NCBI GenBank assembly: GCA_965203485.1
Contig: OZ241892.1
Coordinates: 1,888,001-1,952,000, forward strand
Origin: Longimicrobiales bacterium
GTDB lineage: Bacteria > Gemmatimonadota > Gemmatimonadetes > Longimicrobiales > Gaopeijiaceae
Length of the DNA stretch: 64,000 nt
Direction: 5' to 3'
In this document: one piece after another, positions 49,736-59,756 of the stretch
Layout: each line of letters begins with the position of its first letter
Position numbering within the stretch: the stretch's first letter is position 1
Made by a program: the position numbers and the translations under genes
The notes under the pieces: generated by a model
Database searches by the model: none
Seen by the model: the letters and a program-made list of their open reading frames with translations, nothing else
What the model was told of the DNA's origin: nothing

Positions 49736-52040
49736 ATGTTGCGTGCCGTGCGGATCCCGTTGGTCGTTGCCGCGGCGTTCGGCCTGTGGCCGGCCACCGG
49801 CGCGGAAGCGCGCGGCGCCCAGGTTCCCGGTTCGGGGGCCTGGGCGGTTCGCGCGGTCGACGACCGGTCCGGCAATCCGGTGCCGGGCGTGGTGCTCTTC
49901 TTTCCGGCCCTGTCGGCGAGCCGGCTCACCAACGACGGCGGGCTGGCGGAGTTGCCGGCGGCGGGCGATTCGCTCCGCGTCGTCGCGACCCGAATCGGGT
50001 ACGCCGAGCTGGACACGCTGTTGAGCTTGTCGGGGCGGGGCGCGGTCGTCGAGTTCCGGCTGGCGCGCGCGCCGGTCTCGCTGCAGCCGCTGACGGTCGA
50101 GGCGGACCGCCGCCTCACGTCGCGCGAGCTTCACCGCCTGCTGTTCGACCGCGAGGTCTCGATCGGCGCGTTCAGCATGACGCAGGCCGAGATCGAGGCG
50201 GTGCCGCCGATCGGGGAGCCGGACGTGTTCCGCAGCCTTGCAGGCGTTCGCCGGCGTGTCGAGCCTCAACGACTACAGCGGCCAGCTGTTCGTGAGGGGC
50301 GGAGCCGGCGACCAGACGCGGGTGCTGCTCGACGGCGCGCCCGTGTTCGCGCCCTATCACATGTTCGGGCTGTTCGGCGTGTTCAACTCGGGCGCGATCG
50401 AGGCGACCGAGTTCTACCGGGGCTCGATTCCCGCGCGCTACTGCGGAGCGTTGTCGGGCGTCGTGTCGGCGCGCAGCAGGACCGGCAACGCGCGGGGGAC
50501 CAGCGCGAGCGGCGGCGTCAGCTTTCTAGGCGCGCGCGTCGCGGCGAGCGGCGCGGCGCCGTGGGGAGGCGTCCGGTGGATGGCGGCGGGGCGCAAGGCG
50601 TCGGTCGACGTCGCGCGGGTCTCGATCCCGTATTCGTTCGAGGACCTGAACCTGGGACTCGAGGCGCATCCGGCGGAGCGGCACCGGCTGCGCGTCTCGC
50701 TGATGGCGTCGGGCGACGAGTTCGCTTGGCGGTTCGGGGACGACGCCAAGAGTTCTCTGCGCTCGGCGTGGGAGAACCTGGCGTCGTCGCTGTCGTGGTC
50801 GTGGGTTCGCGACGACCGGCTGGCCAGCGGCGTGACGGCGTACTACAGCCGGTACAGGGGCGACATCGGGGTCGACGACACCGGCGGCTCCGGGCCGGCC
50901 ACGGAGAATCGCGTCGCGGTGGCGGGACTGCGTGCCAACGTGACGCTGCGGGGCGAGACGGCCGGCTTGAGGGCGGGCGTCGCGTTCGAGGCGGGCCCGG
51001 TGGACCTTCGCGGCTTCCGTCCGGGCGCGTACATGGAAGGCGACGCTTCGCGGTCCTACCTGCACCTGTCGGCGTTCGCCGAGGCGGAGCGCTCGCTGGG
51101 CCCGGTGCGGCTGGCGCCGGGCGTGCGCGTGGGCGCGGAGCGGCGGGCGTCGCGGCGGTTCGTCGAGCCGCGCTTCTCGGTCCGCTGGCGCGCGGACGCG
51201 TTCGCGCTCAGCCTCAGCCTCGACCGCACGTACCAGTTCATGTCGCAGCTCGCGGACGCTCGCTTCGATCCGCCGGGCGCGCCCATGTGGTTCGTGCATC
51301 CGGGCGAGCATCCGGCGTCCTTGGCCGACGGCCTGAGCGTCTCGGCCGACGCTTGGCGCGGCGACGCCTGGACGGCGGCGGCGGCCGCGTGGACCCGGCG
51401 CTTCCGCAACAAGCCGTACTGGCGGCCCGGCCAGCCGAGAGACCTGGCGGCGCTCGAGTTCCACGACGGGACCGGACACGGCATCGAAGTCACGGTGCGC
51501 AGGCACTCGGGCCGGGTTCGGGGTTGGCTGTCGTACCAGTGGGCGCGCGTCGCGTTCCAGGACGGCGACGGCGCCGAGTACTTCCCCGCGTGGGACCGCC
51601 GGCACGAACTCGACGGCACCGTCACGACCCGCGTCGCGGGCCAACTCGACGTGTCCGTCAGGGCAACCGTGGGAACAGGCGCGCCGTTCTGGTTCCCGGC
51701 CGGCTTCCTCAGCCTGGTCCGGTACGACCCGAACCAGCGGTCGGTCTTCGGCCGCACCTTCTTCGAGCGACTTGTCACGGACCAAGCGGGCACCGTGACG
51801 TTTTGGTCGTCCGTCCAGGGCCGTGTTCCGCTGTACGCTCGCTACGACATATCCTTGCGGTACGCGTTGCGCTGGGGCTCCTGGGAAGTGATCCCCTACG
51901 CGTCGGTCGTCAATGTCGCCAACCGCGTTAACGTGCTTCGGTACTATGGCCACACGCGATCGCGGACGGGAGAAGACACGTTGCTCTCGGAACGTCAACT
52001 TCCAGTGGTCCCTTTCCTGGGGATCGACTTCCGCTTCTAA
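49736..52040 (+). pseudogene. TonB-dependent receptor with an apparent +1 frameshift at ~50238
   Basis: Signal peptide and N-domain to VPPIGEPDVFRSL, continuing in the next frame as QAFAGVS...LFVRGGAGDQTRVLLDG...IPARY.GALSGV; ends FLGIDFRF. Confidence 0.8.
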
Positions 52041-52064
52041 TCCCAACTGACCGAGGACAAGACG

Positions 52065-52919
52065 ATGCGTCATGGAATCCTGCTGGCCGTCGCAATCGCG
52101 ACCGGAGTTGCCGCCTGCAGCGATGTCGTCCATCCGACGCCACCCGACGAGATCCTCAGCGATCGCCTCTTCGTCTACGCGGCCCTCGACCCCGACGAGG
52201 TACACCAGTGGATCGCAGTCGCGCCAGTGGACGCGCGGTACCCACCGGTGGTCACCGTGGCCATCTACAGAAAGACAAGCAGCCAAGCAGGATCAGGCTG
52301 GACCCTGGTCGCGAGCGACAGCTCGGCCGGGCCCAAGGACCACGACCACAACCCGGATTGCGTGTCCAATCTCTTCAGCGGCGCCCATTGCTTGGTGCCG
52401 CACGCCAGTCTCGCACCGGGCGCAGTCTACATGGTCGAAGCCACCGCCGACGGCTTCCCTTCCGCCCGGGGCGCTACGCGCATCCCTGGCGACTTTCAGG
52501 TCGAGTCGGCGACGCTTTCCCGCAACGGGGGCACGCACGTCATCAGCGCCGAATGGACGGCCAGCGACCACGTCCACCGCTATCTCTTTGCCGCGAGGCG
52601 GCACTGGATCGAGTGCGTCAACTGCTTCCGGGCATGGAACGTGGATGTGGACAGCACGAGCTTCACTGGACCCTTGCCCCAAGTGGCCGTCGACAGTCTT
52701 GGACCAGACCCCACCGTGGAAGTCATGGCTGCCGACGAGCACCTCCATGCCTTTGTCACGTCGGGGCTGGGCGACCAGTTGCTGAGTATTCCGCCCGTGA
52801 TGAACGTGGAAGGCGGCTTCGGCGTCGTCGGGTCCGCCCGCTACCGAACCCGGTCCATCGCCATGCCGGACCAGTCGGCCGGCGGGAAGAGCGAACGCCG
52901 GGCGCCGACTGGGAATTAG
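52065..52919 (+). CDS. DUF4249-like lipoprotein, partner of the TonB-dependent receptor
   Basis: GVAAC lipobox; LFVYAALDP, PGAVY and NVEGGFGVVGS motifs; lies directly after the receptor. Confidence 0.7.
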   Translation: MRHGILLAVAIATGVAACSDVVHPTPPDEILSDRLFVYAALDPDEVHQWIAVAPVDARYPPVVTVAIYRKTSSQAGSGWTLVASDSSAGPKDHDHNPDCVSNLFSGAHCLVPHASLAPGAVYMVEATADGFPSARGATRIPGDFQVESATLSRNGGTHVISAEWTASDHVHRYLFAARRHWIECVNCFRAWNVDVDSTSFTGPLPQVAVDSLGPDPTVEVMAADEHLHAFVTSGLGDQLLSIPPVMNVEGGFGVVGSARYRTRSIAMPDQSAGGKSERRAPTGN

Positions 52920-54298
52920 GGCCGGTACTCGTCCATCTCGCGCTTGACGATGGGCGCCAGGAAGTAGAGGCCGGCCAAGTTCGGGATGGCGATGACGAAG
53001 ACCAGCGCGTCGGCGAAGTCCAGGAGGGCGGCCAGCTCAACGCTGGACCCGATCACGACGCACGCGCAGAAGAAGAGCTTGAAGCCGAGGTCGCGAAGGC
53101 GGCCCTGGCCGACCAGGTACGTGAACGCCTTGAGGCCGTAGTAGGACCACGCCAGCATGGTCGAGTAGGCGAAGAGCAGGGCGAACACTGCGAGCGCGGC
53201 GGGCGCCCACGGGACCACCGTGGCGAACGCGCTTGCGGTGAGTTCTATGCCGCTGGCCTCGCCGCCTGCCATCGAGGGGTCGTAGACGGTCGTGATGATC
53301 ACGATCGCCGTCATCGTGCAGATCACGACCGTGTCGATGAAGGGCTCGAGCAACGCCACGTAGCCTTCGCTCACGGGCTTGGGCGTCTGAGCTGTGGAAT
53401 GGGCGATCGCCGCGCTCCCGAGGCCTGCCTCGTTGGAGAAGAGAGCGCGCCGGAAGCCGAGGACGGCCACGCCCAACGCACCGCCCGCGATGCCTTCGGC
53501 TTGGAACGCACCGTCCCAGATCGCCGCAAGGGCCCACGGCACGCGCTCGGCGTTGATCGCAACCACGGCCAGGGCCGACCCCACGTACAGGAGCGCCATC
53601 GACGGCACCAGCTTCTCGGTGGTGTTGGCGATCGAGCGAATGCCGCCCACGATGACGACCCCGACCAGCGCCGCCAGGACAATCCCCAGCATCCACGGGC
53701 TTCCGGAAAGGAAGTCGCTGTCGAGCACGTCCAGCAGAATCACGGTCGCTTGGTTCGACTGGAACATGTTGCCGATGCCCAGGCAGCCCACCACGATGCT
53801 GACCGCGTAGAAGGTCCCGAGAGCGGCGCCGAGCCTCGGGAGACCGCGGTCCCGGAGTCCGCGCGACAAGTAGTGCATCGGGCCGCCCGAGACCGATCCG
53901 TCCGGATGCGTCCTGCGGTACAGCACGCCCAGCGTGCACTCGGCGAACTTCGTGGACATGCCCAGCAGGCCCGCCACGATCATCCAGAAGGTCGCGCCGG
54001 GGCCGCCCACCGTGATCGCCACGGCGACCGTCGCGATGTTGCCGATCCCGACCGTGCCCGACACGGCGGTCGCAAGCGCCTGGAACTGCGATATCTCGCC
54101 CGGGTCCCCCGGCTTGCGGTACTTGCCCGAGAGGATGCGGACGGCGAGAGCGAACCCGCGCACGTTGACGAACCGCAAGTACGTCGTGAAGAAGACGCCG
54201 CCCGCCACCAGCCAAAGGACGATGAGCGGCAACTGCGCACCCAGCGCCGATATCTCGAAGAAGATGAATCCCGAAAGAGCGTCCGCCAGGGGCCGCAT
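52916..54298 (-). CDS. Alanine/glycine:cation symporter (AGCS family)
   Basis: ISQFQALATAVSGTVGIGNIA, GGPGATFWM, GGPMHY, FSNEAGLGSA and EPFIDT motifs; TGATG overlap with the upstream gene. Confidence 0.93.
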   Translation of the reverse strand: MRPLADALSGFIFFEISALGAQLPLIVLWLVAGGVFFTTYLRFVNVRGFALAVRILSGKYRKPGDPGEISQFQALATAVSGTVGIGNIATVAVAITVGGPGATFWMIVAGLLGMSTKFAECTLGVLYRRTHPDGSVSGGPMHYLSRGLRDRGLPRLGAALGTFYAVSIVVGCLGIGNMFQSNQATVILLDVLDSDFLSGSPWMLGIVLAALVGVVIVGGIRSIANTTEKLVPSMALLYVGSALAVVAINAERVPWALAAIWDGAFQAEGIAGGALGVAVLGFRRALFSNEAGLGSAAIAHSTAQTPKPVSEGYVALLEPFIDTVVICTMTAIVIITTVYDPSMAGGEASGIELTASAFATVVPWAPAALAVFALLFAYSTMLAWSYYGLKAFTYLVGQGRLRDLGFKLFFCACVVIGSSVELAALLDFADALVFVIAIPNLAGLYFLAPIVKREMDEYRP

Positions 54299-54816
54299 CA
54301 CGCCGTCGATGCGATCAGTCTCCGGTTGGGTGGCCGCGCGCTCGGCAACCCCCGGTCCCGCTGGGGCAAACGCGCCCGCGCAAGCACGAGTTCCGCGGCG
54401 AACTCCTCGGCCAGCAGGCGGTCGGCGCGCCTGATGCGGAGCACGAGCTTGGCGGGATGCTTGAGGCGAAGCCCCTGGCCGCCCGCGATCCCGTCGAAGG
54501 CGACCAAGTCTGCCGCCGTCACGACCAGCCGCGGCCCTCGGAGAAAGCCCCAACGGCTTCTTGGGACCACCGCGCCGGCAACGTGTGCCAGCGGAATCGC
54601 AATCTCCCGCACCGGCTCGATCTCGTCCGTCGTGGCCCAGGTCCTGCCTACCGATTCGGTTCGCACGGCCACCCGCCATTGGACGACCAAGCGCTCCGGC
54701 TCCAACCGCAACAGCCCGTGCGCGGTCTCCGTGGTCGCAGTGTAGGAATCCGAGTCCCACGCCGAGAAGCTGCGCTTCAGCATGAAGGGCACCGCCGAGA
54801 CCGTCGGCACCGACAT
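54298..54816 (-). CDS. Hypothetical protein
   Basis: MSVPTVSAVPF...AHGLLRLEPERLVVQWR...LAEEFAAELVLA; translationally coupled to the symporter. Confidence 0.65.
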   Translation of the reverse strand: MSVPTVSAVPFMLKRSFSAWDSDSYTATTETAHGLLRLEPERLVVQWRVAVRTESVGRTWATTDEIEPVREIAIPLAHVAGAVVPRSRWGFLRGPRLVVTAADLVAFDGIAGGQGLRLKHPAKLVLRIRRADRLLAEEFAAELVLARARLPQRDRGLPSARPPNRRLIASTA

Positions 54817-54878
54817 CGACGCCGTTGCGGCTTCCGGCGCGCAGGCGGGGTTGGCGTCGGCCACGGGGCTGCGCTCGG

Positions 54879-54992
54879 CTAGTCTCGGGTCTTGCCCGAT
54901 TCCCTTCGGACGGCGGTGCGAAGCACGATCGCAAATCCGCCCCACGCGAACGCCATGACGGCGATCATCGTGATCCAGGCGGTCGTGGTCAT
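54879..54992 (-). CDS. Small membrane protein resembling MetS-family NSS-transporter small subunits (37 aa)
   Basis: Manual translation MTTTAWITMIAVMAFAWGGFAIVLRTAVRRESGKTRD*; single TM with WGG and a basic tail; alternative in-frame ATG at 55016; below the ORF-track cutoff. Confidence 0.75.
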   Translation of the reverse strand: MTTTAWITMIAVMAFAWGGFAIVLRTAVRRESGKTRD

Positions 54993-55170
54993 CAAGAACG
55001 GGCTCGGGGTGGGCATGGGGTCATGAGACTTTCGCCTCACGGACCGAGCGATCGGCCGAACCGGCCAAGCGACGTCTGGTCAAGATAATCGACAGCCACG
55101 GGGGCGAACAAGATGGCCGGCCAAGCGACGCGGATCGACCTTCGCTTCGCTCGGCCGTTGCCAAAGCGCG

Positions 55171-57171
55171 TCACCGGCGGCGCACCAGGCGGAAGCGGAA
55201 GCGCTTGTCAGGGCGGATGGTGGGAATCGTGGACGTGGTCAGCTCGTAGCCGGGCGGGTCCATCGCGAGTTCTGCCTCGTGGACGATCGTCGCGAAGTTG
55301 AGAACGATCTGCGCCTCCGCGAAGCCGGCCCCCAGGCAACGGTGCGACCCCAGGCCGAAGGGAACGAAGGCGTTGCGCTGGCGGTGTTCGGCGCGGCCGG
55401 GGAGGTAGCGGTCGATGTCGAACGCGTACGGCTCGGGAAAGAGCTCCGGCACGAAGTGGGAGACGGTGGCCGCCACGAGCATGACGACGCCCGCCGGGAC
55501 GCGGTGGCCGGCGAATTCGAAGCTGTTCGACACGTGGCGCGGAATGACGGGCACGATGGGATAGCGGCGGAGCGTCTCGAGCGCGACCCTGTGCGTCGTC
55601 TCGAGCTTGCGCAGGCCGCGGGCCGTCGGGGCGCCCGCCGCGAAGAGAGCGTCCGCCTCGGCCCTGACGCGCTCGAGCGCCTCGGGATGCTTGAAGAGCG
55701 AGTACAGCATGTAGGCGCAACTCACGCCGACCGTGTCCAGTCCCACCAAGTAGGGCGTCATCACGCCGAACTTGAGGTCCGTCTCGGGAAAGAACACCGG
55801 ATCCTGTTCGTGCAGCTCCAGCAGGTCGTTGACCATGTCGCCGGCATCCGCCCAGCGCCCTCCGGGCCGGTGCTCCTCGACGACTTGCGTCACGGCGTCC
55901 TCGATGCGGCGGCGCACCTTCCCGAACTTGCGCGCGTAGAGGAACATGGGCCGCTGGCGCGCGATGCGCGTGCTCAGCAGCGTGTCGAAGAAGAAGAGGA
56001 AGTCCTCCATGTACTCGGCGGGGCTCGAATGCGTGAGGATCGTGCCCAGCTGGCGCGAGATGATGCGCTGCATCGCGTGCACGCCCCCGACGGAGCGGCC
56101 GCCCCATTCGTCGATCTCGCTGCGCGCGATGTCGGCGGCCACGTCCATGTGGTCCTCGAAGCGGCCGCGGGAGTATAGCGCCGCGTTGAAGCGCCGGAAG
56201 CGGACGTGCTCGGGGCCGTCCATCGCCGTGAGGACCTTCGACAGGCCGAGTTCCTGGAAGAATCCGGCCCAGGGCTCGAACGAGCGCAGGTAGCGCTTGC
56301 CGTGCTTGTGCACCCACGTGTTGGCTTCCTGGCCGGCCAAGACGTACACCTCGTGGCCCAGGAACCGGACCTTGAAGAGAGGTCCCAGCTCCAGGTGCTT
56401 CGCGACGAGGAAGTCGGTGAGGTTCTTGCGGGCCTCCAGCGCGCAACCGAGCAGGGGCAGGCCCTTCGCGAACGGAATGGACTTGGCCGCGGGAGGCGCG
56501 GGCTTCGATTCCGCCTCGTCGACCAGCTCGCGCACGACCTGCGACACGGTGCGGCCGATCAGGTCCAGGCGGCGCACCACGCTCAGCCGCTCGGCCACGT
56601 CGCTCAGCTCGTCCTTGGCGAGGACGCCCTCGAAGAGACCACAGGCGTCGGCCAGCCCGATGATGGCCGCGTCGCGCGGATCGGGCACGTCGTCGTCGAA
56701 GAGCACCTGCATGACCCGCAACCGCACCTCCTGCTGGGCGCCTCCGTCGCCCGCGACGGGGTAGCGGCGAGCGCGGCGCACCTTCTGCGACAGGGCGATC
56801 AGGCCCTCCTCGGCGGACTCGAGGATGCCGGCTTCGACCAAGCGGCTCAGCGCGGCCTCGCGAACGGCCTCCCCGTCCTCGGCGACTTCCCGCAACCAGC
56901 GCTCGGCGTTGCGGGCCTGGCCGCTCGGAGACGCCTCGGCGCTTGCGGCGATGCGGGCCAGCACGGGGTCCAGCAGGCCGTCGCCCAGCGGCTCTGCGCT
57001 GACGAGCATCAGCTTCTCGAGGTCCGTGTCGATCCTGTCCTCGAACGCCAAGTCCATCAGGATCGCGCCGGCCAGCGCATGATGCAGGCGCGCGTCCCCG
57101 ACCTCGGCCAAGTCGCCGGACCGCTCGTCGAGGAGCAGCAGCAGGATTTCTTCCGCGAGGCGCAGCTTCAC
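55171..57171 (-). CDS. GPP34 (GOLPH3-like) domain fused to cytochrome P450
   Basis: N-terminus LRLAEEILLLLLD..SG...ALAGAILMDLAFEDRI...GDGLLD is GPP34-like. The P450 part has VGLDT (I-helix), ETLR, FDIDRY and PFGLGSHRCLG (heme Cys). Confidence 0.88.
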   Translation of the reverse strand: MKLRLAEEILLLLLDERSGDLAEVGDARLHHALAGAILMDLAFEDRIDTDLEKLMLVSAEPLGDGLLDPVLARIAASAEASPSGQARNAERWLREVAEDGEAVREAALSRLVEAGILESAEEGLIALSQKVRRARRYPVAGDGGAQQEVRLRVMQVLFDDDVPDPRDAAIIGLADACGLFEGVLAKDELSDVAERLSVVRRLDLIGRTVSQVVRELVDEAESKPAPPAAKSIPFAKGLPLLGCALEARKNLTDFLVAKHLELGPLFKVRFLGHEVYVLAGQEANTWVHKHGKRYLRSFEPWAGFFQELGLSKVLTAMDGPEHVRFRRFNAALYSRGRFEDHMDVAADIARSEIDEWGGRSVGGVHAMQRIISRQLGTILTHSSPAEYMEDFLFFFDTLLSTRIARQRPMFLYARKFGKVRRRIEDAVTQVVEEHRPGGRWADAGDMVNDLLELHEQDPVFFPETDLKFGVMTPYLVGLDTVGVSCAYMLYSLFKHPEALERVRAEADALFAAGAPTARGLRKLETTHRVALETLRRYPIVPVIPRHVSNSFEFAGHRVPAGVVMLVAATVSHFVPELFPEPYAFDIDRYLPGRAEHRQRNAFVPFGLGSHRCLGAGFAEAQIVLNFATIVHEAELAMDPPGYELTTSTIPTIRPDKRFRFRLVRRR

Positions 57172-57611
57172 TTGGAGTCTTCCCTTGCCGGGTCGTCGCG
57201 ATCCGCGTGCCGAGCGCGCATGTGTTCCTCGGCGGCCGCCAAGACGCGGGCCGCGCATTCGATGGCGGTGGCGGCCTGTCGGGCCGAAAACGCCTCGGCG
57301 GGCGTCCCTTCCTCCAACCCGTTCGGGTACCGGGCAGGCACATAGTACAGGTCGAGCGTCCGGGCCTCTTCCGTTACGGCGGCAAGGCGCGAAGCCGCTG
57401 GATCAAGGCGCGCGATCAGGGCGCGAACGCTGTGCCCGAGGACGGCGCGCGCACCCGCGGCGTAGTGGGCCGCCTTGACGGCCTTTTCCGCGGCTTGCTG
57501 GGCCGCGAAGCAGGACTGCGCATGATAACCTCCTTGCGTCGAGAACCGAGCAAAGCGGAGGTCGTCCTTGGCCGACGCCAGCCAGCGCAGAGCCTCCTGG
57601 GCGCTCGTCAC
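57168..57611 (-). CDS. HEPN-domain protein
   Basis: WLASAKDDL, CFAAQQAAEKAVKA, GHSV and LDLYYVPARYPN motifs; coupled to the MNT gene. Confidence 0.88.
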   Translation of the reverse strand: MTSAQEALRWLASAKDDLRFARFSTQGGYHAQSCFAAQQAAEKAVKAAHYAAGARAVLGHSVRALIARLDPAASRLAAVTEEARTLDLYYVPARYPNGLEEGTPAEAFSARQAATAIECAARVLAAAEEHMRARHADRDDPAREDSK

Positions 57612-57952
57612 GGCGACGGGTCAGCGCGATAGACTTCCATGCCCTCGCGGGCCAGCGCGTCGAACACGCCGAAGCCGGCTTTGCGGCCGGCGGCGAATTC
57701 TGCCGGCGTGTATACGACGAGATCGACGACGACCGGCAACGCATCGTCAAGCTCGGCCGCCAACGTCGCTGCTCGCTCCAGACGTGCAAGCCGCGTCTCC
57801 ATGACGACCGCCAAGTCCAAATCGGAGAAGCCGTCGGCCTCGCCACGGGCCCACGACCCGAAGGCCACGGCGCGGTGGACGCCCGCGGACTTCAATGCGG
57901 GACGCGCGCGCCGGCGCAACTCGCCGAAGGAGCACGGCGCGGGGAGACGCAA
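57608..57952 (-). CDS. Minimal nucleotidyltransferase (MNT)
   Basis: GGAGGAGG RBS before TTG 57952; FGSWARGEADGFSDLDL (GSx10DxD) and VDLVVYTPAEF motifs. Confidence 0.88.
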   Translation of the reverse strand: MRLPAPCSFGELRRRARPALKSAGVHRAVAFGSWARGEADGFSDLDLAVVMETRLARLERAATLAAELDDALPVVVDLVVYTPAEFAAGRKAGFGVFDALAREGMEVYRADPSP

Positions 57953-58085
57953 CGTTGCAACCTCCTCCGCGCCCGCAGCCGATGCCGTGGGCGCGGGCGA
58001 CGTCCGCGATGCCGAGACCGATGTCCGCGCGCGGGGTCCCGGGCGGGCGTGATCCATCTCGTTCGCGCCGCGCATCGCCCCGTCC

Positions 58086-58670
58086 CTACCGGCCGCGCCT
58101 TGCCGCCAGGTCGGCCGCTCGCACCTGCAGGACGTCGCCCACGCTTCGCATGCCGTCGATCACGTTCTGGATGTGGACCATCCGGTCCAGGCCGACGTAC
58201 TCGATGCCCCGGTGCACTGCCTCCCGGTGGACGCCGGCCGCGAACGCCTTGTCCTTGAGCTTCTTGACGACAGACTTCGGCCGGAGGTCGTCGATGCCGT
58301 TGGGGCGAACCAGGCAACAGGCGTACACCAAGCCGCTGAGCTCGTCGCATGCGTACAGGACCTTGTCCAGCGGCGCCCGCGGAGCCACGTCGGTCCGGTC
58401 GGGGTAGCCGTGAGCGAGGACGGCGCGCACCACGTCTTCGGGGTAATCGAGTTCGCGAAGCCGGGCGACGGCCCGGTGCGGATGCTCGTCGGGAAACCGC
58501 TCCCAGTCGAGGTCGTGGAGGAGTCCGGCGAAACCCCAAAGCTCCATGTCCTCGTCCATCAGGCGGGCGTAGTGGCGAACGGCGGCCTCCACGGCGTACA
58601 TATGCTTTCGGAGCGCGTCGCTCTCGACCCACTCGTTGAGGAGCGCGACTGCGTCGGACCGGGTTGGCAT
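58086..58670 (-). CDS. HD-superfamily (HDIG-like) phosphohydrolase
   Basis: LRKHMYAVE, GLLHDLDWE, AVLAH, ACDELSG and SVVKKLKDKAFAAGV motifs. Confidence 0.88.
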   Translation of the reverse strand: MPTRSDAVALLNEWVESDALRKHMYAVEAAVRHYARLMDEDMELWGFAGLLHDLDWERFPDEHPHRAVARLRELDYPEDVVRAVLAHGYPDRTDVAPRAPLDKVLYACDELSGLVYACCLVRPNGIDDLRPKSVVKKLKDKAFAAGVHREAVHRGIEYVGLDRMVHIQNVIDGMRSVGDVLQVRAADLAARRGR

Positions 58671-58713
58671 GGCGGTATTCGTTGGGCAGCGAGAGGCGGC
58701 AGCGAACGGCACG

Positions 58714-59364
58714 TCAAACGGCGCTCGACGGGCACAGGTGCGACACGGCGCACTCGTTGCAGCGGGGACGCCGGGCCGGACAGATCTGCCGCCCGTGGTA
58801 GATGAGCAGGTGGGCCAGCATCGTCCAAGCGCCGACCGGAAAGAGGTCCATCAAGTCGCGTTCGATCTTGTCCGGATTCGTCTCCGCCGAGAATCCGAGC
58901 CGGCCCGACAGGCGCTTGACGTGCGTGTCCACGACCACGCCCTCGTCGATGCCGAACGCGTTGCCGAGGATGACGTTGGCGGTCTTGCGGCCGACGCCCG
59001 GAAGCGCGGCCAGCTCCTTCATGGTGCGCGGCAACTCGCCGCCGTGCTCCTCGACGACCGCCGTCGCCATGCGCACCAAGCTGCGCGCCTTGTTTCGGAA
59101 GAACCCGGTGGAGCGGATCAGCTCCTCGACCTCCTCCTGCTCGGCGCCGGCCAGCGAGCCAGCGTCCGGAAACCGCTTGAACAGGCCGGGCGTCACCATG
59201 TTCACGCGGACGTCCGTGCACTGGGCGGACAGAATCGTGGCCACGGCCAGCTCGAACGGCGAGCGGTAGTCCAAGGCGCACTTGGCATCCGGATAATCGC
59301 CGGAGAGATGCTCGTAGATCTGGGCGGCCCGCAACCGTCTGGCCTTCTTCGATTCTCTGGGCAT
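58714..59364 (-). CDS. nth: Endonuclease III
   Basis: ILSAQCTD, LPGVGRKTANV (HhH), VDTH and C-x6-C-x2-C-x5-C Fe-S motif. Confidence 0.96.
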   Translation of the reverse strand: MPRESKKARRLRAAQIYEHLSGDYPDAKCALDYRSPFELAVATILSAQCTDVRVNMVTPGLFKRFPDAGSLAGAEQEEVEELIRSTGFFRNKARSLVRMATAVVEEHGGELPRTMKELAALPGVGRKTANVILGNAFGIDEGVVVDTHVKRLSGRLGFSAETNPDKIERDLMDLFPVGAWTMLAHLLIYHGRQICPARRPRCNECAVSHLCPSSAV

Positions 59365-59756
59365 GGATCCTGATCGAGATCCTGATCGAACCTTTGCGGC
59401 AACTTGCTCGACTGTCTCGCGCAACGTCACCGGACCCCAAAAAAGTGGGCGGACCGGCGCGGCGAGGCAAGCACGCGGCCGTGCCCGGCGCACGGAGGAG
59501 GGAGAGCGACGGGCCGCGCACCCCGGAACTATATCCGCGCCGGTACTCGGCCGGCCACTCGGTGGTCTTGCGCATCCGCTCCGCCCTGCCTCACGAGGCG
59601 CTGGGCCTCGGCGTCTTCGTGGGGGGGGCAGCCTTCCGGGCATGGACCCCCGGCGAGTTGCAGGACCGGGGCGCAAAGGAATTCGCGGGCACCTTCGGGG
59701 GCGGGCACGTCGCAGCGGGCCGGGCACGCCGCTACCGGGAGGAGCGCAGGCCCGAA

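Noticed and set aside
59366..59389. GATCCTGATCGA tandem duplication upstream of nth
   Set aside because: Only two copies and no spacers; not a CRISPR or iteron array.
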